From Candidatus Poribacteria bacterium (GTDB lineage Bacteria > Poribacteria > WGA-4E > PCPOR2b): 64,000 bases of DNA. Below the pieces are notes generated by a model. That model saw only the letters and a list, made by a program, of their open reading frames with translations, did no database searches and was not told the DNA's origin. The stretch covers positions 832,001 through 896,000 of the forward strand of contig OZ244042.1 in assembly GCA_965215015.1 (NCBI GenBank). The letters are read 5' to 3'. The translations under genes were made by a program, and so were the position numbers. Below are positions 10,332 to 20,554 of the stretch, one piece after another (positions within the stretch are counted from its first letter, which is position 1; each line of letters opens with the position of its first letter).

Positions 10332-11789
10332 ATGAACATAGAAACGGTCCTTAACAATTATATTAACAATGAGTGGCGTCGTTCCAGTGCTAGCGAGTAT
10401 ATGGATGTCACGAATCCAGCCACGGCAGAAGTGCTCGGGACGGTGCCCCTTTCCCCTAGTGCCGAAGTCGATCTGGCGGCGCAGGCGGCGGCGGATGCAC
10501 TGGTCGAATGGCGGCGCACGCCAGCACCAGACCGTGTCCAATACCTATTTAAACTGAAAAACTTGCTTGAAGAAAACTTCGACGATATCGCCCGCACTAT
10601 CACGCTGGAATGCGGTAAAACACTAGACGAGTCGCGAGGGGAGATGCGGCGTGCCATTGAAAATGTTGAGGTTGCTTGCGGCATTCCGACACTGATGCAG
10701 GGCTATAACCTCGAAGATATCGCTACTGGGATTGATGAAATCATGATTCGGCAGCCGGTGGGGGTTTGTGCGGCAATCGCTCCGTTTAATTTTCCCGGAA
10801 TGATTACATCGTGGTTTATGCCGTATGCGATTGCCTGCGGTAACACGTACATCGTCAAGCCCTCTGAGAAAGTGCCATTGACGATGCAGAAGATCTTTCA
10901 ACTCATCGAAAGTACAGGTCTACCCAAAGGCGTCGTCAATCTAGTGAACGGTTCCGAGGCAACGGTAAACGCTATTCTAGATAACCCCACCATTAAGGCG
11001 GTCAGCTTTGTCGGTTCTACTGCCATTGCCAGATATGTTTACAGCCGGGCGACAGCCAACGGAAAACGTGCTCAATGCCAAGGCGGGGCAAAGAACCCAA
11101 TTATCGTCCTGCCCGATGCAGATCCGGAGATGACGCGCCACGCCACAGCTGAGAGTGCCTTCGGGTGTGCGGGACAGCGGTGTTTGGCGGCTTCGGTGGC
11201 TGTTACCGTCGGCGAGGCACGAGAGTGGTTCACGGATGCGATGACCGACGCCGCGGAAACGCGCGTGGTTGGATACGGATTAGAGGACGGCGTCGAGATG
11301 GGGCCCGTGATAACGCCCGAAAGCAGATCTCGGATCGAGGGATTCATTCAGAAAGGGCTAGAGGCGGGTGCGAAGGTTTTGGTCGACGGACGAAATCCCC
11401 AAATCTCCGGGTATGAAAATGGAAATTTTGTCCGCCCGACGCTCCTAGGCGATGTGAATCCATCGAGCGAAATCGCTCAAACGGAGATTTTTGGGCCCGT
11501 GCTGAGCACTATCCACGTGGACACGATCGACGAGGCAATTTCGCTGGTGAACGGCGGAAGTTATGGGAATATGGCGTGCCTATTTACCAGTAGTGGGGCA
11601 GCCGCACGGAAGTTCCGCTATGAGGCAGAGATCGGTAACATCGGAATTAACCTCGGTGTTGCGGCACCGATGGCGTTCTTCCCTTTCAGCGGGTGGAAGG
11701 ATAGTTTCTTCGGGGATATGCACGGACAGGGTAAAGACGCGGTCGAGTTCTTCACACAGAAGAAGGTGGTTGTGGAGCGTTGGGCATAG
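10332..11789 (+). CDS. mmsA: CoA-acylating methylmalonate/malonate-semialdehyde dehydrogenase
   Basis: [51 protein letters not shown]. Confidence 0.92.
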   Translation: MNIETVLNNYINNEWRRSSASEYMDVTNPATAEVLGTVPLSPSAEVDLAAQAAADALVEWRRTPAPDRVQYLFKLKNLLEENFDDIARTITLECGKTLDESRGEMRRAIENVEVACGIPTLMQGYNLEDIATGIDEIMIRQPVGVCAAIAPFNFPGMITSWFMPYAIACGNTYIVKPSEKVPLTMQKIFQLIESTGLPKGVVNLVNGSEATVNAILDNPTIKAVSFVGSTAIARYVYSRATANGKRAQCQGGAKNPIIVLPDADPEMTRHATAESAFGCAGQRCLAASVAVTVGEAREWFTDAMTDAAETRVVGYGLEDGVEMGPVITPESRSRIEGFIQKGLEAGAKVLVDGRNPQISGYENGNFVRPTLLGDVNPSSEIAQTEIFGPVLSTIHVDTIDEAISLVNGGSYGNMACLFTSSGAAARKFRYEAEIGNIGINLGVAAPMAFFPFSGWKDSFFGDMHGQGKDAVEFFTQKKVVVERWA

Positions 11790-11829
11790 CAAGTCATTAA
11801 GGAAAACGGTGAAACAAGAGAAATCTTTT

Positions 11830-12079
11830 CGATCCACAGTGCGGTACTTATCCGCTCGATCTCAGCGTAGTAGTTCGCGGTAAAAGCACCCCTTTTGAAA
11901 ATCATGGTTTGGTAGAATGCGAGGTATTGTATCTGTCCTATATCATCTTGGATAAATCGATCGGCACTCTTAACAGGAATGCGATACCAACGCTGCGCTC
12001 GTGCGATCTCCAAGGCCCGTTGGTTGTTCACAATTGCAATAAGGACTTCGGGGGAGGGGGAGTTTGAGGTGGTTGTCAT
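11830..12079 (-). pseudogene. truncated 'WYRIP' PUA/EVE-like domain protein
   Basis: EVLIAIVNNQRALEIARAQRWYRIPVKSA...YLAFYQT...YYAEI. The frame then runs into the end of mmsA on the opposite strand with no recognisable continuation. Confidence 0.5.
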
Positions 12080-12463
12080 CTTATGAATTATCCTTACCGT
12101 GCCTGGGGCAATTTAATGATCTGATTGATTGACAATCTTGTAGGTCGAGTTTCCAAACTCCACAGCCGCTGTGTCGAGATGTGAATCTCGATCTACAGGC
12201 TACGTTATTATTTTTTTAAAATTCATGAAAATCAGCATCGGGGTGTGCTGTTTTTGGCAATACGTCACAATTGCACACCAGATTATTCCCAGAGATTGAA
12301 GTAGTCTTCTCAGGAGTCTCTGAAAATAACTGTTTTATTTTAAAATAATCCTGATTGGAAATGAATTGAAAATCATAAACACATATCGAAAAAAATATGA
12401 TGGCAGAGAACGCAGATCTGCGTTCCCTATAAAATGAGCTGCCAGTTGAGGCAAAGGTGAAAT

Positions 12464-14004
12464 ATGAAAAATCCAATGGAGCCAATCGATCTCCGGGAAA
12501 GCGTGCTGCTTGGCATCGAACATATTTGTAACAGCGTGGACCGCGAGCGAGATTGCCGTCCGTACTTTCGCTTTAACCTGATTTCGCCGCCTGTTTGGGC
12601 TCAGCACGAAGCCGCCGACACACCACACACCGTCGGCCGGTTCCTGCATGCACTCAATGTGTGTCATGAGATGGTTGGCTTACCGGATGATACGGAGCTG
12701 CTGGAGGGGCTGCGTAAACAGATTTTTGCCAGTTGCGACCATGGCGATGGTTTCGCTTGGGACGATATGGGCAGTGATTCAGGCCCCCCCCCTTGGCTTA
12801 TATGCACCATCAGCGGGAAGCGTTGCTCAGCTTAATCGCTGTCTGGCGGATTTGGGGCGATCCACAAGCTAAGCGATATGCCAAAGCACTCGTTGCAGCA
12901 ATGGAGAAGACAACTCGTGCCATCGGGACGTATCCGGGAAGATGCTTGGGACCGGAGGGTTGGCAGGGCGATAACATAGCAACAACAACTTCAGAACGGG
13001 CGATTGGCGCGCTGATTGCCTACAGTCGCACCTTTGACGATTCGCTTGGAATAGATCTGGCACTCCGTTTCGCCCGCCACGCCCTCGCAGTTAGTTTCGG
13101 AGAGAATGGAGAGTTGACTCCAGCTTGTGGAACGCATATCCACTCGATCACCGGGACAATCGCCTCGCTGGCGGAGCTCGGATTGGTTCTCGGAGAACGA
13201 GAGTTTACCGCTCGGGCACGGCTCATCTTTGATGTGGGGACGCTGCCCTATCGCATCTCTACAGGTTGGGTCAAGGAAAGTGTAAACGCAAAATACGGTC
13301 GAGGTGAGGCGAACTGCACCGCAGATTTGATCGAGGCAGCCTGTTTGCTTGGTGCATCGGGTTATAGCTCCTATTTTGAAGATGCGGAACGGATGCTTCG
13401 CAACCATCTACTTGCATCCCAAATGGATGATTTATCATGGGTGGTAGAAAATGCGGGGATGGCAAATACTGAAAAGCGGGCGTATGAGGGGCTGCGCCGA
13501 CAGGCGCGTGGTGCTTTTTGCTTCGGTGAACCGAATGGTTTTCATTCTTATAACTCAGATTTGACCGGTGCCGCTTTACAAGGGATCGCGGCTGCTTGGG
13601 ATCATATGATCACCTGCGAAGATAACGACAACATCCGCGTCAACTTGCTATTGTCCCGCGAACACGAAGCGGTCACAGTCCTTAGTGGCAGCACTAATCT
13701 AATGGTCAAAGCGAAACGCCCTATTGAGACATTGTCTATTCGCATTCCTCCTTGGTGCAAATCCTTCAGAGCGACCATTGATGGGATTGCAATACCGACA
13801 ACTCGATATCACCTGAAGGTGAGTCAAGTCCGTGAGGGGGCTCAGGTAAAAATGACTTTTGATCGACCACAGTTTCTGACGCAGGAACGTGCCGTGGGAT
13901 ATGAAAATCCCTATCGGATTCAGTGGGCGGGAAACACCGTGACCGCTATGGACGGTGCTGGGAAGCATACGGCATTGTACCCGGCATTGGAGCCAGCGGG
14001 ATGA
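12464..14004 (+). pseudogene. (alpha/alpha)6-barrel glycosidase-like protein (GH127-like), frameshifted at a C9 tract
   Basis: ORFs 12464-12835 and 12793-14004 overlap at CCCCCCCCC (12784-12792). One extra C would fuse them. Motifs GEANCTADL and AERMLRNHLLASQ. Confidence 0.6.
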
Positions 14005-14023
14005 AGAGAAGTTAATAAAAAAT

Positions 14024-14114
14024 GGCTCATATAAAAAGGAAGTACAAAATGCTAAGAGAAACCGAGTTTTTGGCAAAAACTCAATTTCTGTTGCATGATT
14101 TCTTAACATGAGCC
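14024..14114. repeat. dispersed ~90-bp repeat, family B (GGCTCAT...ATGAGCC ends, internal GAAACCGAGTTTT/AAAACTCGGTTTC hairpin)
   Basis: Near-identical copy at 34727-34819. Partial copies at 32326-32427, 4196-4220 and 39193-39227. Confidence 0.7.
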
Positions 14115-14262
14115 AAAAATTTGCATCCACCGAAAAAAAATGCTACACTTTAAGCATCGGTAGCGACAGGATATCGTCCTATCCTGGTGGAAAAGGGAAT
14201 GCAAGACAGATGGAAAGGGGCCTGAAAGCTGGTGCGAATTCCTTACCGCATCTATTGACCTG

Positions 14263-15465
14263 ATGAAAAGGGAACTGAAAGCGCGAAAACAGCTCTATTT
14301 CCTTACCGTCGTCCATACCGTCATCGATTCCTACGCGACAGTCTTACCACACCTACTCCCCCTGCTGCTCAAAAAGCTCGCATCCCAAACCGCTGCGCGG
14401 AATAGCCTCGCAGGGATAATCATCTCGGTTTATAGCACCTTTAGCTCGCTGGGACAGATCTTCTTCGGTTGGGTATCAGATCGGTTTCAGACGATTCATT
14501 TTGTGACTTTTGGTGTCGCGTTCACCGCTATTGCTCTGAGCTTATTGGGGGTTGCACCTTCACTTTTCTTAGTGCTTATGCTGCTGGGGATTGGTGGCTG
14601 CGGTGTCGCTGCCTTCCACCCGAAAGCTACCAGCCACGCAGCAGCACTCGCCGGAGGGGAGAGAGGTTTTGCCATATCAATATTCTTGACGGGAGGCAAC
14701 ATTGGGCGCGCCCTCGGTCCCTTACTCATTATGTATCTGGTAGTGTACCGTTATGGGTTGGAGTTGATGCCATGGTGCATGTTCGCTGGGGTACTCGTTG
14801 CGTTGTTTATCCCGAAAATCTTGAAGACACCGCCGGCGGCGGTGGTGAATGTATCATCTCAACTGGTAGCAGCACCCACGAACCCACCTGAGAAACAGAA
14901 GAATCTTTGGGGGGCAATTCGTCCCCACTGGCGCCCCCTCCTTGTGTTATATCTGCTCTCCGTCCTGCGAACAATAACAGGAATTGGGCTGGAAAATTTT
15001 CTCTCGTTGTACCTTGATGACTTGCAGTACTCCAACCTCGCACGTTCGGGGGTTATCGGGCTGTTTATATTCGCCGGTTCGATGGGTATCATGGTAGGCG
15101 GATCGCTCTCTGATCGGATTAATTACTACGGTTTGTTACTGTTTTCTTTTATTGGCTCCCCCCCACTGTTATACATCTCTCTGCATAGCACAGGGGGAGT
15201 CTTTCTGATTCTTCTCTTTTTGGGAAATTTTGTCCTCTCCAGTTCAACTACGATTAATATCGTTCTCGCCCAGCGATTGCTCCCTGAACACGAAAACATT
15301 GCTTCTAGTTTCATGATGGGTGCAGCATGGAGCATTGGCGGATTGTTGAGTATTCCGGTTGGCCTGCTTGGTGACCACTTCGGACTAGCGAGGGTGTTGG
15401 ACGGATTGGTGATGCTTCCGTTGATAACTGTCGCGCTAGTACCCCTTCTGAAACAGAAACGATGA
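14263..15465 (+). CDS. MFS transporter (Fsr-like)
   Basis: About 12 hydrophobic segments, GWVSDR, AAFHP, GGNIGRALGP, GSLSDR. Confidence 0.88.
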   Translation: MKRELKARKQLYFLTVVHTVIDSYATVLPHLLPLLLKKLASQTAARNSLAGIIISVYSTFSSLGQIFFGWVSDRFQTIHFVTFGVAFTAIALSLLGVAPSLFLVLMLLGIGGCGVAAFHPKATSHAAALAGGERGFAISIFLTGGNIGRALGPLLIMYLVVYRYGLELMPWCMFAGVLVALFIPKILKTPPAAVVNVSSQLVAAPTNPPEKQKNLWGAIRPHWRPLLVLYLLSVLRTITGIGLENFLSLYLDDLQYSNLARSGVIGLFIFAGSMGIMVGGSLSDRINYYGLLLFSFIGSPPLLYISLHSTGGVFLILLFLGNFVLSSSTTINIVLAQRLLPEHENIASSFMMGAAWSIGGLLSIPVGLLGDHFGLARVLDGLVMLPLITVALVPLLKQKR

Positions 15466-15582
15466 GAGTAAAAAAAATAAACCGTCAGATTTGATAATTT
15501 CACGTGACTACTTCGTATTCGTACGGCATAATTCACATTAAAAAAACCAGATAAACATTTGTGAAAACAAGAAAAGGAGAAT

Positions 15583-16716
<1,134 letters not shown>

Positions 16717-16736
16717 GGATCCTTAACTCGCGTGTG

Positions 16737-19700
16737 TTACTCAGATGCTGTTACAGGTAGCCCGACGAAAAGCCGGCTATCAATATCCGTAAGCGGGTCA
16801 ATTTCCCGGCACGCTGCGGCGCGGGCGAACACGATCCCGGGCTGCTTGGCTCGCATCGCACGCGACAAAACGGTAAACCCTTTTGATTGGCTGCTATTGC
16901 GTAATTCCCACGCAACTCGTTCCAGCTCTAAGTTGAATCGAACAAGCCCTTCCCGTGAGCCAACGCATAGCGTGTAGAGTTCATCAGACGTTAAGCCCTC
17001 GCAATACCCGTTACGAATCACAACCTCTCCGCCTCGGATATCTGACACTGTCCCTCGCGCCCCGACAACACAACCAAGTCGATGAAGTCTGCTCGTAAAG
17101 GAGCGGCTTTTGACTGCGAGGATATGTGCTCCCAAGTTGTTATCAGCAAAGTTTTCGTAAGCGGCAATCCATTCTATAAGTTCTTCCGCGTAAGTGTCCC
17201 ACGCTGTTGCATCGTCAGGGTCCCTAGGAACGGGAGGACTACCATCGCCCCTACTGAGAAACGGACTCATGGATGCCCCCGATTCCTTTACAATTTCGAG
17301 TCCACGCTGCATCAACCGTTCAGCGACTTCAATGGTGCGATCAATTCCCTCGCGTTTGAGGAGTGTTCTTAGCGTATCCGCTAACGAGCGTCGCGTGACC
17401 AAACCATCAGGAATAGCAACCTCCATCCCGACAATTCCTGCGAGTTCATCACGCCCCTCAGGGGTGAGACTCAAACTTGCCAATCCCCATATCGCGTCAT
17501 GCCCTGGGGCTAATGCTGTGCATACATTTGGATCCCGTTTGAGATGTCCAGTGATGGAGAGCCGTTCACTAGCTTCTCGTTGGCCCGCCGCTGTGATGGG
17601 CAGAAAAACCGCCGCTTGGTCGCCATCAAAGTCAGCATTCATTAACTCACAGACGAAAGGGTGAACACGGATGACACGGCCTGGCTGGCGTACCGGATGA
17701 AATGCAACAAAGGAGGTAGGCATATACGCAGGGGCTCGATGCACAATCACCCATGAACGTCCCATCAGCTCATCAAGTGCCTGTGTTGCACCTTGGCTGC
17801 GGCCTCGCACGGCTTTGGCATCACCGAGTTCCTTTGTAAGTTCCGGCCCGAAGAGTGCCCATGCCATCTGTTCTGGAATGCCGACCTGATCGGCGCGTAG
17901 CTCCGCACCCGGGACAATGACGCAGCGCCCACTGAAGAGTGTCCGTGCCTTAAAGCGCATGTCTGCCGGGCTTAGCAGCACGTTGAAGTATTCCGCAAGG
18001 CGCGTTTGGAGTTGCTTGAGGGCTTGGAAGGTCAGGCTTTCCGGTGCATCATTTGCAAACATCCGCTCTGCTCTGGTATTGGCATCGGCAAGTACATGAT
18101 ACTCGGAAATGCCTTCACAGACACCAACTTCATCAATGGTTTGACTATGTAGCCACGGATGGGAGACTGGCCGGGCAAGCTGGAGCGTATTTCCAGTCGG
18201 ACGTACAAATTGGAAAGTCAGTCTGTCACCATCAAAGTTAGCGCAGATACCTGCCGCCGAAAGCTGCTCCCTGAGCTTAGTAAACATCGGCGTCGGTGGA
18301 CTTGCTTGCTCAACTTTCCCTGCTGTAACACGATCGAGAAGTGTCTCCGCATCTACTCGCGTCGCAGCACGGGTATTGAAATGTTCCCGCAAAGTTTCAA
18401 ATGCTGAAGTGTTGCGTAGCGTATAGTATTCGAGTTCACCAAGCCCTTGATGATATATAGGGGCCTCGTGGACGATTGGTTCAGATACCTTGAGCTTATC
18501 AAGCGCGATGTGAACTGTCTTCCCCCAATAAACCCAACCAACTGTACTCGGCCGATTCAGTTTTTTGCCGTTAGCTCCAAACGTGAGGGTTTCCATCCCA
18601 TCTTCAGGCAGCCCTAACTTTTGGAGTAGCTCACGGAGTTGATTGACACTAGGTGCTTGAAATGGCGGCACAATGGCCGTTTCTCCTTCCGTCCGTGCGA
18701 TGCGCCCCACGATTGCTTCACGGATTTGACCAAAGTTCATCCGCCCGTGCAAAGCACCGAAGCTGAAGACAAGCTCTACCGGCGTGCCATCGGCGAGGTG
18801 GGGCATCTCATCGTCAGGGGTGATGCGCGAAATGACCCCTTTCGTGCCGTGACGGTTACTGATCTTATCACCCGGCTCAATAATATAAGGGAAATTCAGA
18901 CGCGTAGCGCACGACTCACTAATCACGATGCCGTCCTCAAAGGTCTCCCCGCCCCAAGAGATAAAAGCGGTCAACAGATTACGTCCACACCAAAAGTAGG
19001 GGACATCAGGCTCGTAACCTGTCTGGACAAGTGCAGGCTCTGGGGAGACAGTCAATCTTGGCATCTCCTTGGAACAGCTAACTGGAGCAGCCTCTGGAGC
19101 AGTAGGCGACAACCACTGACGCATCATGTTCGCCCCCATGAGTACTCGCGATGGATCATTGTGTTCGAGAAAAGGGATTAGTGCTGCAGACAGACCTAGC
19201 GTTGCTTCCTGGCTATCATCCACGATGACCAATTTTTTATCACGAATCTCCGCCCCCCTCGCAACTGTCAGAATTTTGCCGACGTTTGGTCCTTCTGGCG
19301 TTTCAAATGGGCAGGTCCGTCCAAAGTGTCCAGAGGTAAAGACCTGATTCCCCTGTAAAATCCGCACCCTACGTAGATGTGTATGCTTGTCGAGCCAGTT
19401 GGTACTGGAGAGTCTCTGAGCGGTAAATGTGTCACGAAAGAACTCGCGCACCCATCTGTCAATCGGAAGCCACGAGCGAATAAGCGACGTATCCCATTCC
19501 AGATCTGGCGGTGCTTCTCTGATACGCGCTTTGAAGTAATCGTACAGTTGATCGCCCACACACTCAATCTTCGCTTGTTTCAGTTTCACGGTTGAGGCGG
19601 TCGGTACGACAACATAGGGTTCACCATCAAGCGTGAACATACCGTCTACATCAGGCTGCGGAATACCCGTGTATTCGACCTCAACATACCCCTCAGTTGA

Positions 19701-19856
19701 CGCCAGCACAAGTTTCACGCGACAGGTGTACGTACCAATTGGCTCAAAACGATAACCGGCTAGTGGCAGCCGGTCAGCAAGGAGTTCTGGCAATCGTTCT
19801 TTCATCAATCCTTCAAAAGACTGCTTGTGCCAAAATGCAGTAATGTTGTTCGACAT
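16737..19856 (-). CDS. miniature single-chain RNA polymerase beta-beta' fusion (RpoB/RpoC-core-like, 1039 aa)
   Basis: Ordered RpoB motifs: THLRR, GRTCPFETPEGPNVG, LIPFLEHNDPSRVLMGANMMRQ, GRNLLTAF..FEDGIVISE, GDKISNRHGTKGVIS, DGTPVE, GRMNFGQI, VGWVY..KTVH, QGLGELE. These are followed by RpoC motifs: LARPVSHPW, clamp helices, FSGRCVIV, HRAP, HPFVC..NADFDGDQ (aa 740-746; nt 17619-17639), EGL..GSREGL, AA...DPL. AGGAGG RBS. Confidence 0.92.
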   Translation of the reverse strand: MSNNITAFWHKQSFEGLMKERLPELLADRLPLAGYRFEPIGTYTCRVKLVLASTEGYVEVEYTGIPQPDVDGMFTLDGEPYVVVPTASTVKLKQAKIECVGDQLYDYFKARIREAPPDLEWDTSLIRSWLPIDRWVREFFRDTFTAQRLSSTNWLDKHTHLRRVRILQGNQVFTSGHFGRTCPFETPEGPNVGKILTVARGAEIRDKKLVIVDDSQEATLGLSAALIPFLEHNDPSRVLMGANMMRQWLSPTAPEAAPVSCSKEMPRLTVSPEPALVQTGYEPDVPYFWCGRNLLTAFISWGGETFEDGIVISESCATRLNFPYIIEPGDKISNRHGTKGVISRITPDDEMPHLADGTPVELVFSFGALHGRMNFGQIREAIVGRIARTEGETAIVPPFQAPSVNQLRELLQKLGLPEDGMETLTFGANGKKLNRPSTVGWVYWGKTVHIALDKLKVSEPIVHEAPIYHQGLGELEYYTLRNTSAFETLREHFNTRAATRVDAETLLDRVTAGKVEQASPPTPMFTKLREQLSAAGICANFDGDRLTFQFVRPTGNTLQLARPVSHPWLHSQTIDEVGVCEGISEYHVLADANTRAERMFANDAPESLTFQALKQLQTRLAEYFNVLLSPADMRFKARTLFSGRCVIVPGAELRADQVGIPEQMAWALFGPELTKELGDAKAVRGRSQGATQALDELMGRSWVIVHRAPAYMPTSFVAFHPVRQPGRVIRVHPFVCELMNADFDGDQAAVFLPITAAGQREASERLSITGHLKRDPNVCTALAPGHDAIWGLASLSLTPEGRDELAGIVGMEVAIPDGLVTRRSLADTLRTLLKREGIDRTIEVAERLMQRGLEIVKESGASMSPFLSRGDGSPPVPRDPDDATAWDTYAEELIEWIAAYENFADNNLGAHILAVKSRSFTSRLHRLGCVVGARGTVSDIRGGEVVIRNGYCEGLTSDELYTLCVGSREGLVRFNLELERVAWELRNSSQSKGFTVLSRAMRAKQPGIVFARAAACREIDPLTDIDSRLFVGLPVTASE

Positions 19857-19922
19857 GCTATCCTCCTATTTCTTTCGTATTGCGTGTGTGTAGATTGTAA
19901 AACGTCAAATATTGCTACTCGC

Positions 19923-20537
19923 TCACCTTTCCTCTTCTTCCCAGCCGCTTGCGATCTCCTTCCATTCGCGGGCAAGGTGTTTTATGGAATGGTGTAAACG
20001 CGACTTCACTGTGCCTTCTGGAATACCTAGCTCTATGGCGGCTTCTCGCAGTGCCATTTCCCTCTGATATATGAGGTGAAGGACTTCGCGTTTCTCTTGG
20101 GGGAGCTCATCAACAAGCTGCCAGAGCAGCTGAGATTGTTCGGCTTGCTCCACCATCACTTCGGGACCATGTGACGAAACGTCAACCATCCAATCTGGAT
20201 CTGGCAGACGTTCCTCCTCATCGTCGAATTCGTCTGGAGGTATTTCAAGGGGTTCCTGTCGCCGTCGCCGCACGGTGCGCAGATGATTGAGGGCGAGGTT
20301 CGTTGCGATGCGGAAAAGCCAGCCCTTGAACTCGCCTTGACCATTCCACTGTTCAGCACGCGTCCAGACACGTAAAAACACCTCTTGAACCAGATCCTCA
20401 GCAGCACTTTCAACCCGCACGATGCTAAGGATATGCTGACGGACGGGCACACGGTATCGAGCAAAAAGCGTTTCAAAGGCGGCGGCATCGCGCTTTACAG
20501 TCTTGCGAATGAGGGTTTGGTCTGATTGTTCCATCAT
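19923..20537 (-). CDS. ECF (group 4 sigma-70) RNA polymerase sigma factor
   Basis: Region 2: AEDLVQEVFLRVW and FKGWLFRIATNLALNHLR. Region 4: AAIELGIPEGTVKSRL. Confidence 0.95.
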   Translation of the reverse strand: MMEQSDQTLIRKTVKRDAAAFETLFARYRVPVRQHILSIVRVESAAEDLVQEVFLRVWTRAEQWNGQGEFKGWLFRIATNLALNHLRTVRRRRQEPLEIPPDEFDDEEERLPDPDWMVDVSSHGPEVMVEQAEQSQLLWQLVDELPQEKREVLHLIYQREMALREAAIELGIPEGTVKSRLHHSIKHLAREWKEIASGWEEEER

Positions 20538-20554
20538 AAAAGGCTTTCACTGTA

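Noticed and set aside
14185-14255. Cobalamin riboswitch upstream of the MFS gene (AAAAGGGAA...GGTGCGAATTCC)
   Set aside because: The spacing is wrong and there is no CCCxCxACTGT or B12 box. An Rfam scan would be needed.
18225-18239. A second 'NFDGD' (aa 540-544) as a duplicate catalytic motif
   Set aside because: It lacks the first Asp and lies at the beta/beta' junction, where FDGDRLTFQFVRP better matches the RpoC N-terminal strand FDAIKIALASP.
16737-19856. Calling this ORF the housekeeping rpoB or rpoC, or a simple pseudogene of them
   Set aside because: It is far too short, contains blocks of both subunits, is strongly diverged between motifs, lacks ribosomal-protein neighbours, and has no stops or frameshifts over 1039 codons.
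16737-20537. Prophage or giant-phage origin of the RNAP-like gene
   Set aside because: No integrase, structural or replication genes and no att-like repeats nearby. The flanks are bioD and an oxidoreductase.
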